A stretch of 60,035 nucleotides of DNA from Bacteroides sp. SM23_62 (GTDB lineage Bacteria > Bacteroidota > Bacteroidia > Bacteroidales > SM23-62), in assembly GCA_001303955.1 (NCBI GenBank), contig LJUP01000016.1, forward strand, positions 1 through 60,035, in the 5' to 3' direction. The notes beneath the pieces were generated by a model. That model made no database searches. It had not been told where the DNA came from and saw nothing but the letters and a program-made list of their open reading frames with translations. Below are positions 10,551 through 20,167 of this stretch, in pieces; within the stretch, counting starts at the first letter, position 1; every line of letters starts with the position of its first letter. The position numbers and the translations under genes are program-made.

Positions 10551-11912
10551 TTATTGCGCAAAGAAGAAATTGATGACCTCGTAAACCTCATCTGTCACCA
10601 TAAAAGACTTATAATCAAAGAAGTCATCAATGGCCAGGAGCAATTCGTCAAAGCTCAGGTCTTTGTCCCCATCCAGATCGAGGACATGGAATTTTTCATC
10701 CAGCTGGTCGAAGGTCATACGTTCTCTTTGTTCAGATGGGACCAGGTACAGGTCGAGTTCGTTCCTGAAAATGGCATCCGGTGTTGCCAGCAGGCTTTCC
10801 AGTTCATTCTCACTCATTTCAACCCCCCGTTCATTCACGATGGTCCCGGGGGGTGAATCCTCATCATCCATATAATCCGGAACACCATCCTGGTCATAAT
10901 CCCAGGGACAACCGGTGGAATCCACATCCACGCCTTCAGGTGTACCGGGACACTCATCAACCCCGTCCACGATACCGTCTTCATCCTCATCCTCAAACAT
11001 CAGGTAATCAAAATCATCCAGTTCGGCAAACAGCAATTCCTCGGTCCTGACCTTGGGTTCGGAGAAAAGATCCAGGTGCAGGCCGATATAAGTGAAGGCG
11101 AAATGATCGTTGGCGGTATTGGCGGTGACTCCCTCCCCTTCCCAGCTGACATTGTCGATCAGGTCCGTAAAAGTGAAGTGAAAGCTGGTACCGAGTCTCA
11201 TTTTCATCCGCTCACTGATGTTAAAATCAAGACCAAAATCAATGGGAACAGCAAAGCTGAACTGTCGATAATTCCCCAGTCCGTAAAGATCGGCTTCGCG
11301 AAGGTCTGTTTCATAGTCCCAGTCCCTCATCATTATCTCACCGCGCATGAAGCTACCGTCAGCTTCGGATATATTCCTGATGGTTCCATCCGACCAGTAA
11401 TGGTATTTTTCATTACCCCGCCAAAGATCGCCTTTGGCACTGAAAAGGAACGGCTCAAAACCGATGGATACAAAAGGACTCAGGACAGGGACTTCTTTTT
11501 CAAAGAGATGACCGAAATTGTATTCCACGCCCACACCAAAGGCATTGATCGTGGAGTGAAAATTCAGGTTCCGGTCCAGATTTATGTGCGAACGCTCATT
11601 GCCGGTCACTTCTCCGAATAAGAGGGAAAAATTTACTACGAATGTTCTCTGCCTGTCGAAAGGAGGGGAAGAAACATTGACCCTGAAACCCGACCTTTCA
11701 CTCAGAGGGGTCGGAAAATTATTCCGGACGTCCCCGAAAAAGTGCATGGTCCCGAAAGCTGCACCAATCACAGGCATATAGGTAGGATTCTCAACTTCCA
11801 CCCTTCTGATCAGGAGTGAATCAAAGTCGATCTCCTGTGCATTTGCCCCGTCTGGCAAGGTAAGCATGGCTGCCAGGAAAAGAAATAACAATATGGAAAG
11901 CCTGGATCTCAT
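10551..11912 (-). CDS. outer-membrane beta-barrel protein with thrombospondin type-3 (Ca-binding) repeats and a C-terminal EF-hand-like loop
   Basis: Signal peptide from M14 (MRSRLSILLFLFLAAMLTLPDGANAQ). Alternating-hydrophobic barrel region. DEDGIVDGVDECPGTPEGVDVDSTGCPWDYDQDGVPDYMDDED matches TSP3 repeats. LDLDGDKDLSFDELL is an EF-hand-like loop. Confidence 0.6.
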   Translation of the reverse strand: MRSRLSILLFLFLAAMLTLPDGANAQEIDFDSLLIRRVEVENPTYMPVIGAAFGTMHFFGDVRNNFPTPLSERSGFRVNVSSPPFDRQRTFVVNFSLLFGEVTGNERSHINLDRNLNFHSTINAFGVGVEYNFGHLFEKEVPVLSPFVSIGFEPFLFSAKGDLWRGNEKYHYWSDGTIRNISEADGSFMRGEIMMRDWDYETDLREADLYGLGNYRQFSFAVPIDFGLDFNISERMKMRLGTSFHFTFTDLIDNVSWEGEGVTANTANDHFAFTYIGLHLDLFSEPKVRTEELLFAELDDFDYLMFEDEDEDGIVDGVDECPGTPEGVDVDSTGCPWDYDQDGVPDYMDDEDSPPGTIVNERGVEMSENELESLLATPDAIFRNELDLYLVPSEQRERMTFDQLDEKFHVLDLDGDKDLSFDELLLAIDDFFDYKSFMVTDEVYEVINFFFAQ

Positions 11913-11925
11913 CCGGGTGAATGTA

Positions 11926-13317
11926 TCAGCCTCCAGTCGCCCTCCTGGCATCGATTACATTGATCCTTTTACCATCCCTGTAAGCAACAACAAATGCCCC
12001 CCTGATGCCCCTGGACAGAACAGTGTTTCTGAAATCACTCGCCTGGCTGTAGGTACTGAAGGAGCCAACGGTATATTTATACAGCCCATCGTGTCGTTCC
12101 ACCAGGACCGGCCTGGACAGATTATAGGCAGCAAAGGCCTTGTTGGCATCGCTGAACCTGCTTGCGGCTGCCAGCTGAACCCTGTAATATATGCCCGACT
12201 GGACAGGCAGTTGCTGATTGTCGGGAATACCGGATAATCCTGGGGTTGTTGGCCGCGTACGGGTCTCTCTCACCACTGGCTTTTCTTCCGTGACGACCGG
12301 TTTTTCCTCCTTCACAACGGGTTTCTCTTCTTTCACAGGTGGAGGTTTGACCTCCTCCCGCTGAGCCTGGACAGGTTTGCCAGCGGGCAATTCCTCTCCG
12401 GTTTCGAGGGATTTCATCAGCGCCTCAATGTTCGCCCTGCTGATACCGCTCAGGTATACGTCCTTCTGAATAATATCGACAGAGATATTCCGTCCCTCCA
12501 GAATATAGGAAAGGGTACCGCTGATCTGAAGATCGTCAAGGCTTTTCGAGGCTTCCGGGATCAGCCTGTAACTGACTGTGAAACCGGGTTCTTCGGGCAG
12601 GTTCATCCACACAAACTTGGCCACCCCGTCTTTATGTGTAAAAAGCCCCTCCCTTGATTCTATTGCCACGGCCTGAAATCCCGGAGGGATCTGTTCCTCA
12701 ATCTTGGCAAACTTGTTCATATCCCTCTTGTAAACCAGCAAATTCACCATGATGTCATTGCCCGTTCTGGACTTATAAGGGGTCTGCCGGATACAGATAA
12801 CATTACCGGTCGCAGGGGTGCCTGCCTGTTCCGCCGCCAGGACGGAGGTATAGGAACCGATTTCAATTTGCCTGTCCGCACTGACAGAGGGTGACGGGGT
12901 AATGTTGATACTCTCGGGTCGCAGGTTAACGGATTTCCTTTCATTATTTTCCACATAGGAAAACTCTCCGCCAAGCGTAAAGGTCCCTTTCAGCCTTTCA
13001 TTCACCATTATCTTGTAGCTTACGAGTATCGTGCTTTCTGCCGGCAGTTTTAACCAGATAAACCGTACTCTCTGGTTATCAAAACTATAGTCAGCTGCAC
13101 CTGAATTATCCTGATCAGCCGTTAATCCCGCAGGCAATTCCTGCTGTAACCTGCTGAATTCTTCAAGGTTCCCCTTATCGATCGTGATGGATACACGAAA
13201 TTCCTGCCCGGCTCCAACTACTGAGGGGACTGTCATTTTAACTGAAACCGGGTCCTGAGGCAGCAGCATGGCAGTGCCCAGGAACAGCAGTACAACTGTG
13301 ACAATTGATTTAATCAT
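11926..13317 (-). CDS. SPOR-domain protein with two tandem N-terminal Ig-like domains and a Lys/Glu/Pro repeat linker
   Basis: Signal peptide. Internal duplication of a roughly 120-aa module. C-terminal IYYRVQLAAASRFSDANKAFAAYN...YKYTVGSFSTYSQASDFRNTVLSRGIRGAFVVAY resembles SPOR. Confidence 0.65.
   Translation of the reverse strand: MIKSIVTVVLLFLGTAMLLPQDPVSVKMTVPSVVGAGQEFRVSITIDKGNLEEFSRLQQELPAGLTADQDNSGAADYSFDNQRVRFIWLKLPAESTILVSYKIMVNERLKGTFTLGGEFSYVENNERKSVNLRPESINITPSPSVSADRQIEIGSYTSVLAAEQAGTPATGNVICIRQTPYKSRTGNDIMVNLLVYKRDMNKFAKIEEQIPPGFQAVAIESREGLFTHKDGVAKFVWMNLPEEPGFTVSYRLIPEASKSLDDLQISGTLSYILEGRNISVDIIQKDVYLSGISRANIEALMKSLETGEELPAGKPVQAQREEVKPPPVKEEKPVVKEEKPVVTEEKPVVRETRTRPTTPGLSGIPDNQQLPVQSGIYYRVQLAAASRFSDANKAFAAYNLSRPVLVERHDGLYKYTVGSFSTYSQASDFRNTVLSRGIRGAFVVAYRDGKRINVIDARRATGG
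12274..12336 (-). repeat. 3 x 21-nt imperfect in-frame tandem repeat (V-K/T-E-E-K-P-V heptads)
   Basis: Units cactggcttttcttccgtgac / gaccggtttttcctccttcac / aacgggtttctcttctttcac encode KEEKPVV KEEKPVV TEEKPVV. Confidence 0.85.
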
Positions 13318-13455
13318 AAGATTATCAATATTTTACATCGAACATGTAAATATCAGAAATATTTGGTAACAATTCAAAATAATAAATTAACAATATCATT
13401 ATGCTGTTAAGCTTTTGCCTAACAGGCATATACGATGAAAACGGCGGACAAGTTA

Positions 13456-14166
13456 CTAGAAATTGGGACTGAGCAGGTATTTTGAATAGAACTGATCTAT
13501 ATGATTAACCGCCTCTTCGGCCTCATCCACCAGGATGAAAAGATCCATATCCTCCTTGCTGATGTTTTTTTCTTCGTCCAGGATCACATCTTTGATCCAC
13601 TTGATCAGGCCTTTCCAGTATGACCTGCCTACGAGGACAATAGGGAATTGGCCGATCTTGTCTGTCTGGATCAGCGTGATGGCCTCGAACAGCTCATCCA
13701 GTGTTCCGAATCCCCCTGGCAGGACAATGAAACCCTGGGCATATTTCATGAACATAACCTTCCTGACGAAGAAATGGTCGAACGTGATGAGCTTGTCCTG
13801 ATCGATAAACAGATTGGCTTCCTGTTCAAAAGGCAGGTCGATATTGATCCCCACTGATTTCCCTTTTCCCCGCCTGGCGCCCATATTCGCAGCCTCCATA
13901 ATGCCCGGACCGCCACCTGTAATCACACCATACCCCCGCTGTGTAAGCTGGAAGGCGATCTCTTCGGCCAGTTTAAAATACTTTTTATCAGGCCCGGTCC
14001 GCGCTGAACCAAAAATGGAGACACAGGGCCCGATCCTGGCCAGTTTTTCGAAACCTTCAACAAATTCAGACATGATCTTGAAGATCCTCCAGGAATCGGA
14101 TGCCTGGATCTCATTCCAGTCCTTTTCTTTGAAGGCTTTGATGACTTTTTCTTCGCTGCTGCTCAT
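13456..14166 (-). CDS. LOG-family protein (TIGR00730; cytokinin riboside 5'-monophosphate phosphoribohydrolase-like)
   Basis: GGGPGIMEAANMGA and PGGFGTLDELFE motifs. Confidence 0.85.
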   Translation of the reverse strand: MSSSEEKVIKAFKEKDWNEIQASDSWRIFKIMSEFVEGFEKLARIGPCVSIFGSARTGPDKKYFKLAEEIAFQLTQRGYGVITGGGPGIMEAANMGARRGKGKSVGINIDLPFEQEANLFIDQDKLITFDHFFVRKVMFMKYAQGFIVLPGGFGTLDELFEAITLIQTDKIGQFPIVLVGRSYWKGLIKWIKDVILDEEKNISKEDMDLFILVDEAEEAVNHIDQFYSKYLLSPNF

Positions 14167-14177
14167 GGTTGCTTCTT

Positions 14178-17054
14178 TTAATATTTCAGTACACGGGTTG
14201 ACCGTTTCAGTTCTTCTCTCAGGAATCCCGCTGTATAACTTGTCTTACACTGTGCAATTTCTTCAGGTGTCCCGGTACACATCACCTCTCCACCCCTGAT
14301 ACCTCCTTCCTTGCCCAGATCGATAATATGGTCCGCTACCTTGATCACATCCATATTATGCTCTATCACGATCACCGTATTTCCGCGGTCAACCAGCTTA
14401 TTCAATACCTCGAGAAGGATACGTATATCATCGAAATGAAGTCCGGTTGTGGGTTCATCAAGGATATAAAGGGTCTTCCCTGTGTCTTTCCTGGCCAGTT
14501 CCGCAGCCAGTTTCACCCGCTGGGATTCACCACCGGACAGGGTAGTGGACGGCTGTCCAAGGGTAATATACCCCAATCCGACATCCTGCAATGTTTTCAG
14601 CTTTTTCGAAATGGCCGGGATATGCTTGAAAAAGTCAACGGATTTATTGATGGTAAATCCCAGTACTTCGCTGATGGAATAACCTTTGTACTTTACTTCC
14701 AGGGTTTCCCGGTTGTATCTCCGACCGCCACATTCCTTACATTGTATATAAACATCCGGCAGGAAATTCATCTCTATGGCCTGCAGACCGGCTCCCTTGC
14801 ATTCACCACATCTGCCTCCTGCCACATTGAAGGAAAACCTCCCGGCCTTATAACCACGGATCCTGGCTTCCGGAGTTTGCTCAAACAACTTCCTGATGTC
14901 AGAGAAAACCCCGGTATAGGTGGCCGGATTTGATCTTGGTGTCCTTCCAAGGGGGGACTGGTTCACTTCGATTACCTTGTCAATGAACTCTGTACCATGG
15001 ATTGCTTCATATGGAAGGGGATCTTTCATTGACCGGTAAAATCGCTGGCTGAGAATGGGATGCAGGGTTTCATTCACAAGCGAGGATTTACCGCTGCCCG
15101 AAACTCCTGTTACACAAATAAATAAGCCCAGGGGGAAAGGTACTGAAATATTTTTCAGGTTATTCCCCCTTGCACCGGTGATGACCAGTTTCTGACCATT
15201 GCCATTTCGCCTGGTGGCCGGAACGGGGATCATTTTTTTATTATTCAGGTAATCGGTTGTCAGGGTATCTGTGCTGCTGATCATATCCGGTGCTCCACTG
15301 GCAACCACTTCTCCTCCATGCCGGCCTGCGCCAGGTCCCAGGTCAAGAATATGATCTGCAGCCAGGATCATCTCCCTGTCATGCTCCACCACGATGATGG
15401 AGTTGCCAGTATCCCTGAGTTCCTTCAGCGCATGGATCAACTTAAGGTTGTCTTTCTGGTGTAAACCAATGCTTGGTTCATCCAGGATATAGAGGACATT
15501 TACCAGCTGGGAACCGATCTGCGTAGCAAGGCGGATCCGCTGGCTTTCCCCCCCTGATAAGCTCCTGGCACTCCTGTTAAGGGACAGGTAATCCAGACCG
15601 ACATCCAGCAGGAATTTCAGACGCCCCCTCAATTCCTTCAGAATATCCCTGGCGATGGCAAGCTGACGCTTGCTCATCCGCTGCTCAATACCATCAAACC
15701 ACCTGAATAGTTCAATGATGTCCATGCTGGCAAGGAAGGCAATGTTTTCCCCATCCAGCCGGAAATGCAAGGCTTCCCTGTTGAGCCTGGCTCCCTGGCA
15801 AACCGGACAGGTAACCTTTCTGATATACTGATCTGCCTGTTTCTGGGCTCGCTTGCCGTTGCTTTCAATGCTCAGATTAAGGTAAATATGATTTACTATG
15901 CCATCAAAGCTCAAAAAGTAATTCGATGATGTCCCCAAGGGGGTATTCTGCAACTTGAAACTCTCTTCCGACCCATACAGGATCTTCTCAAATGCTTCTG
16001 CCGGGATCTCCCGGATAGGTGTCTCAAGGGTAAACCCATATTTGTTGGCCACGGCTTCAAGCTGCCAGAAGATCAGGGCATTACGGTAAGGACCCAGGGG
16101 TTCTATCCCGCCTGACCGGATGCTTTTGCCTGCATCAGGTATGATTTTGGATATATCCACCTCGTTGATCTCCCCGAGGCCGTTGCACTTATGACATGCC
16201 CCCTGTGGGGAATTGAAGGAGAAAGTATGAGGGGCAGGTTCGTTATAGGAAATACCGCTGGTTGGACACATCAGCTGACGGCTGAAATATTGAACCTTGT
16301 CTTCCTCCACATCGAGGACCATCATGATCCCCTTTCCCTGGTTCATGGCTGTCGTAATGGATTCCTTAAGCCGTTTACGATCGTCCCCGACCTCCAGTTT
16401 GTCAACAACCACCTCAATATTATGGGTCTTGTACCGGTCCACCCGCAGTCCATGTACCAGCTCCGTCAATGCTCCGTCTATCCGGGCATAGAGGAACCCT
16501 TTCCTCCTGAATTGCTCGAAAAGTTCCCGGTAATGTCCCTTGCGCCCTTTTACCATCGGGGATAGCATCATGACCCTTTTACTGCCGTATTTCTCCTGTA
16601 TCAGATGCAGGATCTGGTCATCTGTATATTTTACCATTTTCTCACCGGTAACATGGGAATAGGCGTCCGCTGCCCTGGCATACAACAACCGCAGAAAATC
16701 ATAGATCTCTGTGATCGTTCCTACTGTGGAACGGGGATTACGAGAGGTTGATTTCTGTTCGATGGAAATCACCGGGCTCAGTCCGGTTATCTTGTCCACA
16801 TCCGGCCGTTCCATGGTACCGAGGAATTGGCGGGCATAGGCAGACATGGTCTCCATGTACCTGCGTTGTCCTTCTGCATAGATGGTATCAAAAGCAAGGG
16901 AGGATTTGCCGCTTCCGCTCAACCCTGTAATGACCGTCAGCCGGTTCCGGGGGATCTCCACATCTATGTTTTTCAGATTATGGACCCGGGCGCCCAGCAC
17001 CCGGATGAACTGATCATCCTCCAAAAAGACGTTATTTAACTCATCGGCCTTCAC
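14178..17054 (-). CDS. uvrA: excinuclease ABC subunit UvrA
   Basis: 958 aa with two ABC ATPase modules ([23 protein letters not shown]; [11 protein letters not shown]), zinc-finger Cys clusters and LSGGESQR signatures. Confidence 0.97.
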   Translation of the reverse strand: MKADELNNVFLEDDQFIRVLGARVHNLKNIDVEIPRNRLTVITGLSGSGKSSLAFDTIYAEGQRRYMETMSAYARQFLGTMERPDVDKITGLSPVISIEQKSTSRNPRSTVGTITEIYDFLRLLYARAADAYSHVTGEKMVKYTDDQILHLIQEKYGSKRVMMLSPMVKGRKGHYRELFEQFRRKGFLYARIDGALTELVHGLRVDRYKTHNIEVVVDKLEVGDDRKRLKESITTAMNQGKGIMMVLDVEEDKVQYFSRQLMCPTSGISYNEPAPHTFSFNSPQGACHKCNGLGEINEVDISKIIPDAGKSIRSGGIEPLGPYRNALIFWQLEAVANKYGFTLETPIREIPAEAFEKILYGSEESFKLQNTPLGTSSNYFLSFDGIVNHIYLNLSIESNGKRAQKQADQYIRKVTCPVCQGARLNREALHFRLDGENIAFLASMDIIELFRWFDGIEQRMSKRQLAIARDILKELRGRLKFLLDVGLDYLSLNRSARSLSGGESQRIRLATQIGSQLVNVLYILDEPSIGLHQKDNLKLIHALKELRDTGNSIIVVEHDREMILAADHILDLGPGAGRHGGEVVASGAPDMISSTDTLTTDYLNNKKMIPVPATRRNGNGQKLVITGARGNNLKNISVPFPLGLFICVTGVSGSGKSSLVNETLHPILSQRFYRSMKDPLPYEAIHGTEFIDKVIEVNQSPLGRTPRSNPATYTGVFSDIRKLFEQTPEARIRGYKAGRFSFNVAGGRCGECKGAGLQAIEMNFLPDVYIQCKECGGRRYNRETLEVKYKGYSISEVLGFTINKSVDFFKHIPAISKKLKTLQDVGLGYITLGQPSTTLSGGESQRVKLAAELARKDTGKTLYILDEPTTGLHFDDIRILLEVLNKLVDRGNTVIVIEHNMDVIKVADHIIDLGKEGGIRGGEVMCTGTPEEIAQCKTSYTAGFLREELKRSTRVLKY

Positions 17055-18008
17055 TTAATCCACACTTTGGCTGAATTCACGGTATCCTTTCCTGGGTATG
17101 GAAATATAGTATGTTTTACCACTTGTATTGCTCAGCTTCTTATCCCTCAACCAGGGATTGAATATCTTAAGGACTTTATAATTGATCGAATACCTGGCCG
17201 CAAATACTGCAAAATCCTCGACGGGTGTGTCAACGGTTACCTGGTAGACCGGGATAGGCGGGTAGAGCTCATCGTTGTCGAAGATGAAACCATATTTTTC
17301 AGGCTCTGACATGATCAGCTTCAGGGCCAGCAGGCGGTAAACATAACGACCGGTTTCCTCGTTCAGCAGGATGTCGTAATAGTACCTGCTGTCCTGTCTT
17401 TCGATCTGCTGGTTCAGTCCGGTCCTCCCGACATTGTAGCTGGCGGCCGCCATTGTCCAGCTGCCATAAAGCTCATAAGACCGGAGCAGGAACTTACAGG
17501 CAGCCTCGGTGGATTTTTCCAGGTGATATCGTTCATCTACCTCACTGTTCACTTCCAATCCGTATTCTTGTGCGGTTGCTTTCAGGAACTGCCAGTAACC
17601 AACCGCATTGGCAGGGGAAGTCAGGTTCATCAGGTCACTTTCCGCCACAGGCAGGTATTTAAAATCCTCCGGGATCCCGTGTTTCGCGAGGATCTTCTCT
17701 ATGACCGGGAAATGCCTGTGGGCGCGTTTTATCAGTAACATGGTATGGGACTGCCAGTAACTGTTGATCAACAGTTCACGGTCAAGGGCTTCGAGGACAT
17801 CAAAATTTTCCAGCGGCGTTCGTTCCCCTGCAAAATCAAGTTCTGCCGGAATGGGTACTGATGTAACTATATACTTACCATGGTTGTCATCGTCTTTCAG
17901 TCCTAATTTCTCATCCGTTGCCCGGATGAATAAAACCGCCACCAATGCCGTTATCGGGATCATTCCGGTGATCGACAGGACAGTCTGTGTTTTTCCTGAT
18001 TGTAACAT
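17055..18008 (-). CDS. lytic transglycosylase (SLT-domain) protein
   Basis: AESDLMNLTSPANAVGYWQFLKATAQEYGL...AAASYNVG is an SLT catalytic region. N-terminal TM anchor. The ATG at 18006-18008 is preferred over the TTG at 18035. The stop abuts the uvrA start. Confidence 0.72.
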   Translation of the reverse strand: MLQSGKTQTVLSITGMIPITALVAVLFIRATDEKLGLKDDDNHGKYIVTSVPIPAELDFAGERTPLENFDVLEALDRELLINSYWQSHTMLLIKRAHRHFPVIEKILAKHGIPEDFKYLPVAESDLMNLTSPANAVGYWQFLKATAQEYGLEVNSEVDERYHLEKSTEAACKFLLRSYELYGSWTMAAASYNVGRTGLNQQIERQDSRYYYDILLNEETGRYVYRLLALKLIMSEPEKYGFIFDNDELYPPIPVYQVTVDTPVEDFAVFAARYSINYKVLKIFNPWLRDKKLSNTSGKTYYISIPRKGYREFSQSVD

Positions 18009-18096
18009 GCTTACATCTTTTTCGAAAAAACACAAAAATACGGATTTTTTATGGAAGAAATAAGAGTCCGGAGTCTGAAAAGCGACAAGCGGAAGG

Positions 18097-19488
18097 TTAA
18101 AATGTATACAGGAGACCTGTGAAAAACCCGATGGTGTAAGGATGCGATCTGATCACGGATCCCGTATTGATGGAATTCAGGTAATAACGGAAAGTGGGCT
18201 CAAGATTTACATGGAATCTTTGAGAGATTGAATAATCCACACCCAGTCCCACTATACTGCTGTAGTTTACGGGCCTCAGGTTGCCGGTCGTACCTATCAG
18301 TTCTTTATTCCCGCCTTCCTGGAAGTAGGCCGAATTACCCACCAGGAAATTGCTGCTGAGTCCACCGAGAAAATGAAATCCCAGCCTTCTGTCAACTACC
18401 CTGTATCTGAGGATCAACGGCAATTCGAGGTATTCAAATTGTTGTAGAATCTCTCCTTCCGGGGCATTCAGGGTATTCGCCCTGGCATTTTGGGAAGTCA
18501 GTTCCCAGGTCGCCTGGGGGACATAATTGGCCACATAGGCATCATCGAGGCCCTGTTGTGTTTCAATGATCCCGGTAGAGTTATTGATGGATGCCTTAAC
18601 GGATGAGGTTCCATCCATGAAGCTGTTTTGATTATCCACGCTGGCATAATATGCATTTCCAATCTTCATGCCCAGACTGGAATAATAGAGTCCGGATTGA
18701 ACGGACAGGCGTTTCAGGGGAGCATAGTGAACATTCACTCCGCCGGCATAGGATACGATCCCGTCTTCAACATCATTATAATATGAGGCAGTTGTGGCAC
18801 TTCCGCCTGAAACATCCAGGTTACGGTAACTGTAGATCGGTGAGACCTGGGTTCCAATGCCCCATTTGTCATGTGTGGCTGTGCCGCCGTCGCCCCACTG
18901 CTCGAACACATCTATCCCCTCACTCTCTTCAGTTACACTTGAAGGATCATACCTCATGGCAAGCAGGATCTCAGGATCTGCAAAATCCGTCTGAAGACCT
19001 GTGGCTGGCCTGGGTGGGAGGGTTTTGAGCTGATCCATATAAGGCCGGTCACCCGGGATCACATCCCTTTGGGCCTGGGCATCAGTCAACCCGCCCGCAC
19101 GGGTGGATGGGATAATGGCATCTGCAAGGTTTACCTTCGTTTCCCGGTCGATGGATTCTATGCCGGCCTCCCGGACACCTGTTTCGGTTTTGGGCTCGGG
19201 TACTTCCGCCCTGGTTTTGCCTGTCTCCTCCCGGGTTCCTGCCTGCTGTGTTTCCGAGGTAACCAGTTGGGTTTCCTGCGGCTCCCGCAATAGAAACCAG
19301 GTGGTTCCAAGTGCCAGCAAAACGGCAATGGAGGCTGCCATCCGGCTTACCCACATGACCTGCCTCTTTCTCTTATCGGATTGCAGGGCAGAAGCAATTC
19401 CATGCCATACCTGTTCCGGGGGCGCCGCTTCATATTGCCTGAGCCTGTCCCTGAATTGCCGATCTGTCTTATTTTTCCTCCTGCTCAT
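18097..19488 (-). CDS. membrane-anchored protein with C-terminal outer-membrane beta-barrel (putative anti-sigma partner)
   Basis: The start overlaps the ECF sigma stop (ATGA-type). About 45-aa basic N-terminus, one TM helix (MAASIAVLLALGTTWFLL), a Thr/Glu/Pro-rich linker, then beta-strand-rich region ending ...FFTGLLYTF (OMP-type C-terminal aromatic residue). Confidence 0.55.
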   Translation of the reverse strand: MSRRKNKTDRQFRDRLRQYEAAPPEQVWHGIASALQSDKRKRQVMWVSRMAASIAVLLALGTTWFLLREPQETQLVTSETQQAGTREETGKTRAEVPEPKTETGVREAGIESIDRETKVNLADAIIPSTRAGGLTDAQAQRDVIPGDRPYMDQLKTLPPRPATGLQTDFADPEILLAMRYDPSSVTEESEGIDVFEQWGDGGTATHDKWGIGTQVSPIYSYRNLDVSGGSATTASYYNDVEDGIVSYAGGVNVHYAPLKRLSVQSGLYYSSLGMKIGNAYYASVDNQNSFMDGTSSVKASINNSTGIIETQQGLDDAYVANYVPQATWELTSQNARANTLNAPEGEILQQFEYLELPLILRYRVVDRRLGFHFLGGLSSNFLVGNSAYFQEGGNKELIGTTGNLRPVNYSSIVGLGVDYSISQRFHVNLEPTFRYYLNSINTGSVIRSHPYTIGFFTGLLYTF

Positions 19489-20045
19489 TTCTCCCTGATG
19501 ATATGCTCACTGGTATCAAAATACTGTTTCACTTTTTGCTGCAGGATATCCCTTGCACGTGAGAGGTTTGATTTTGAGGTCCCCACCGTAATTCCCATCA
19601 TCTCTCCGATCTCCTTGTGTGAATAACCTTCAATGGCATAAAGATTGAATACCATCCGGTAGCGGGGTGGGAGATCCTGCACCAGACGGATCAGATCGGA
19701 GGCTGATAATTTTTCAAAAACCTCCTCCTGTACTATGTCATCCTTTTTCACCATATTGTCTGTTAACGGGTATAACCGAACCTGGCTGCGGTAACGCTCC
19801 AGTGCCGTGTTGATCATGATCCTCCTGATCCAGCCCTCAAATGAACCTTTTCCCCCGAACTGTCCGAGCTTACGGAAGACCTTGATGAATCCCTCCTGGA
19901 GTATGTCCGCGGCATCATCCTGGTTATCTGCATATTGAAGGCATAGACCAAACATCCTTGTGGAGAACATTGTGTACAACTGTTCCTGGCATATCCTGTC
20001 ACCCTTCAGGCAGCCATTAATTATATCATTTAGCTGGTCCACCAA
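19485..20045 (-). CDS. RNA polymerase ECF-type sigma-70 factor
   Basis: Region 2 (DAADILQEGFIKVFRKL) and region 4 HTH (EGYSHKEIGEMMGITVGTSKSNLSRARDIL). Non-ATG start (TTG at 20045 or GTG at 20042). Confidence 0.85.
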   Translation of the reverse strand: MVDQLNDIINGCLKGDRICQEQLYTMFSTRMFGLCLQYADNQDDAADILQEGFIKVFRKLGQFGGKGSFEGWIRRIMINTALERYRSQVRLYPLTDNMVKKDDIVQEEVFEKLSASDLIRLVQDLPPRYRMVFNLYAIEGYSHKEIGEMMGITVGTSKSNLSRARDILQQKVKQYFDTSEHIIREK

Positions 20046-20167
20046 CTACTTCAATGAGAATTTGACAGTTAAAATTACTACAATTTGGTGGACAAAAACT
20101 CTGCCACAATTATTGTCGCTGTTCAGACAATAGATGAATGAAAGTAAGAGAAGGTTGCGTATGAATG

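Noticed and set aside
11913-11951. Apparent 26-nt overlap between the SPOR gene and the downstream barrel-protein ORF
   Set aside because: The overlap comes from the track's most-upstream start. The ATG at 11910-11912 gives a proper signal peptide and removes the overlap.
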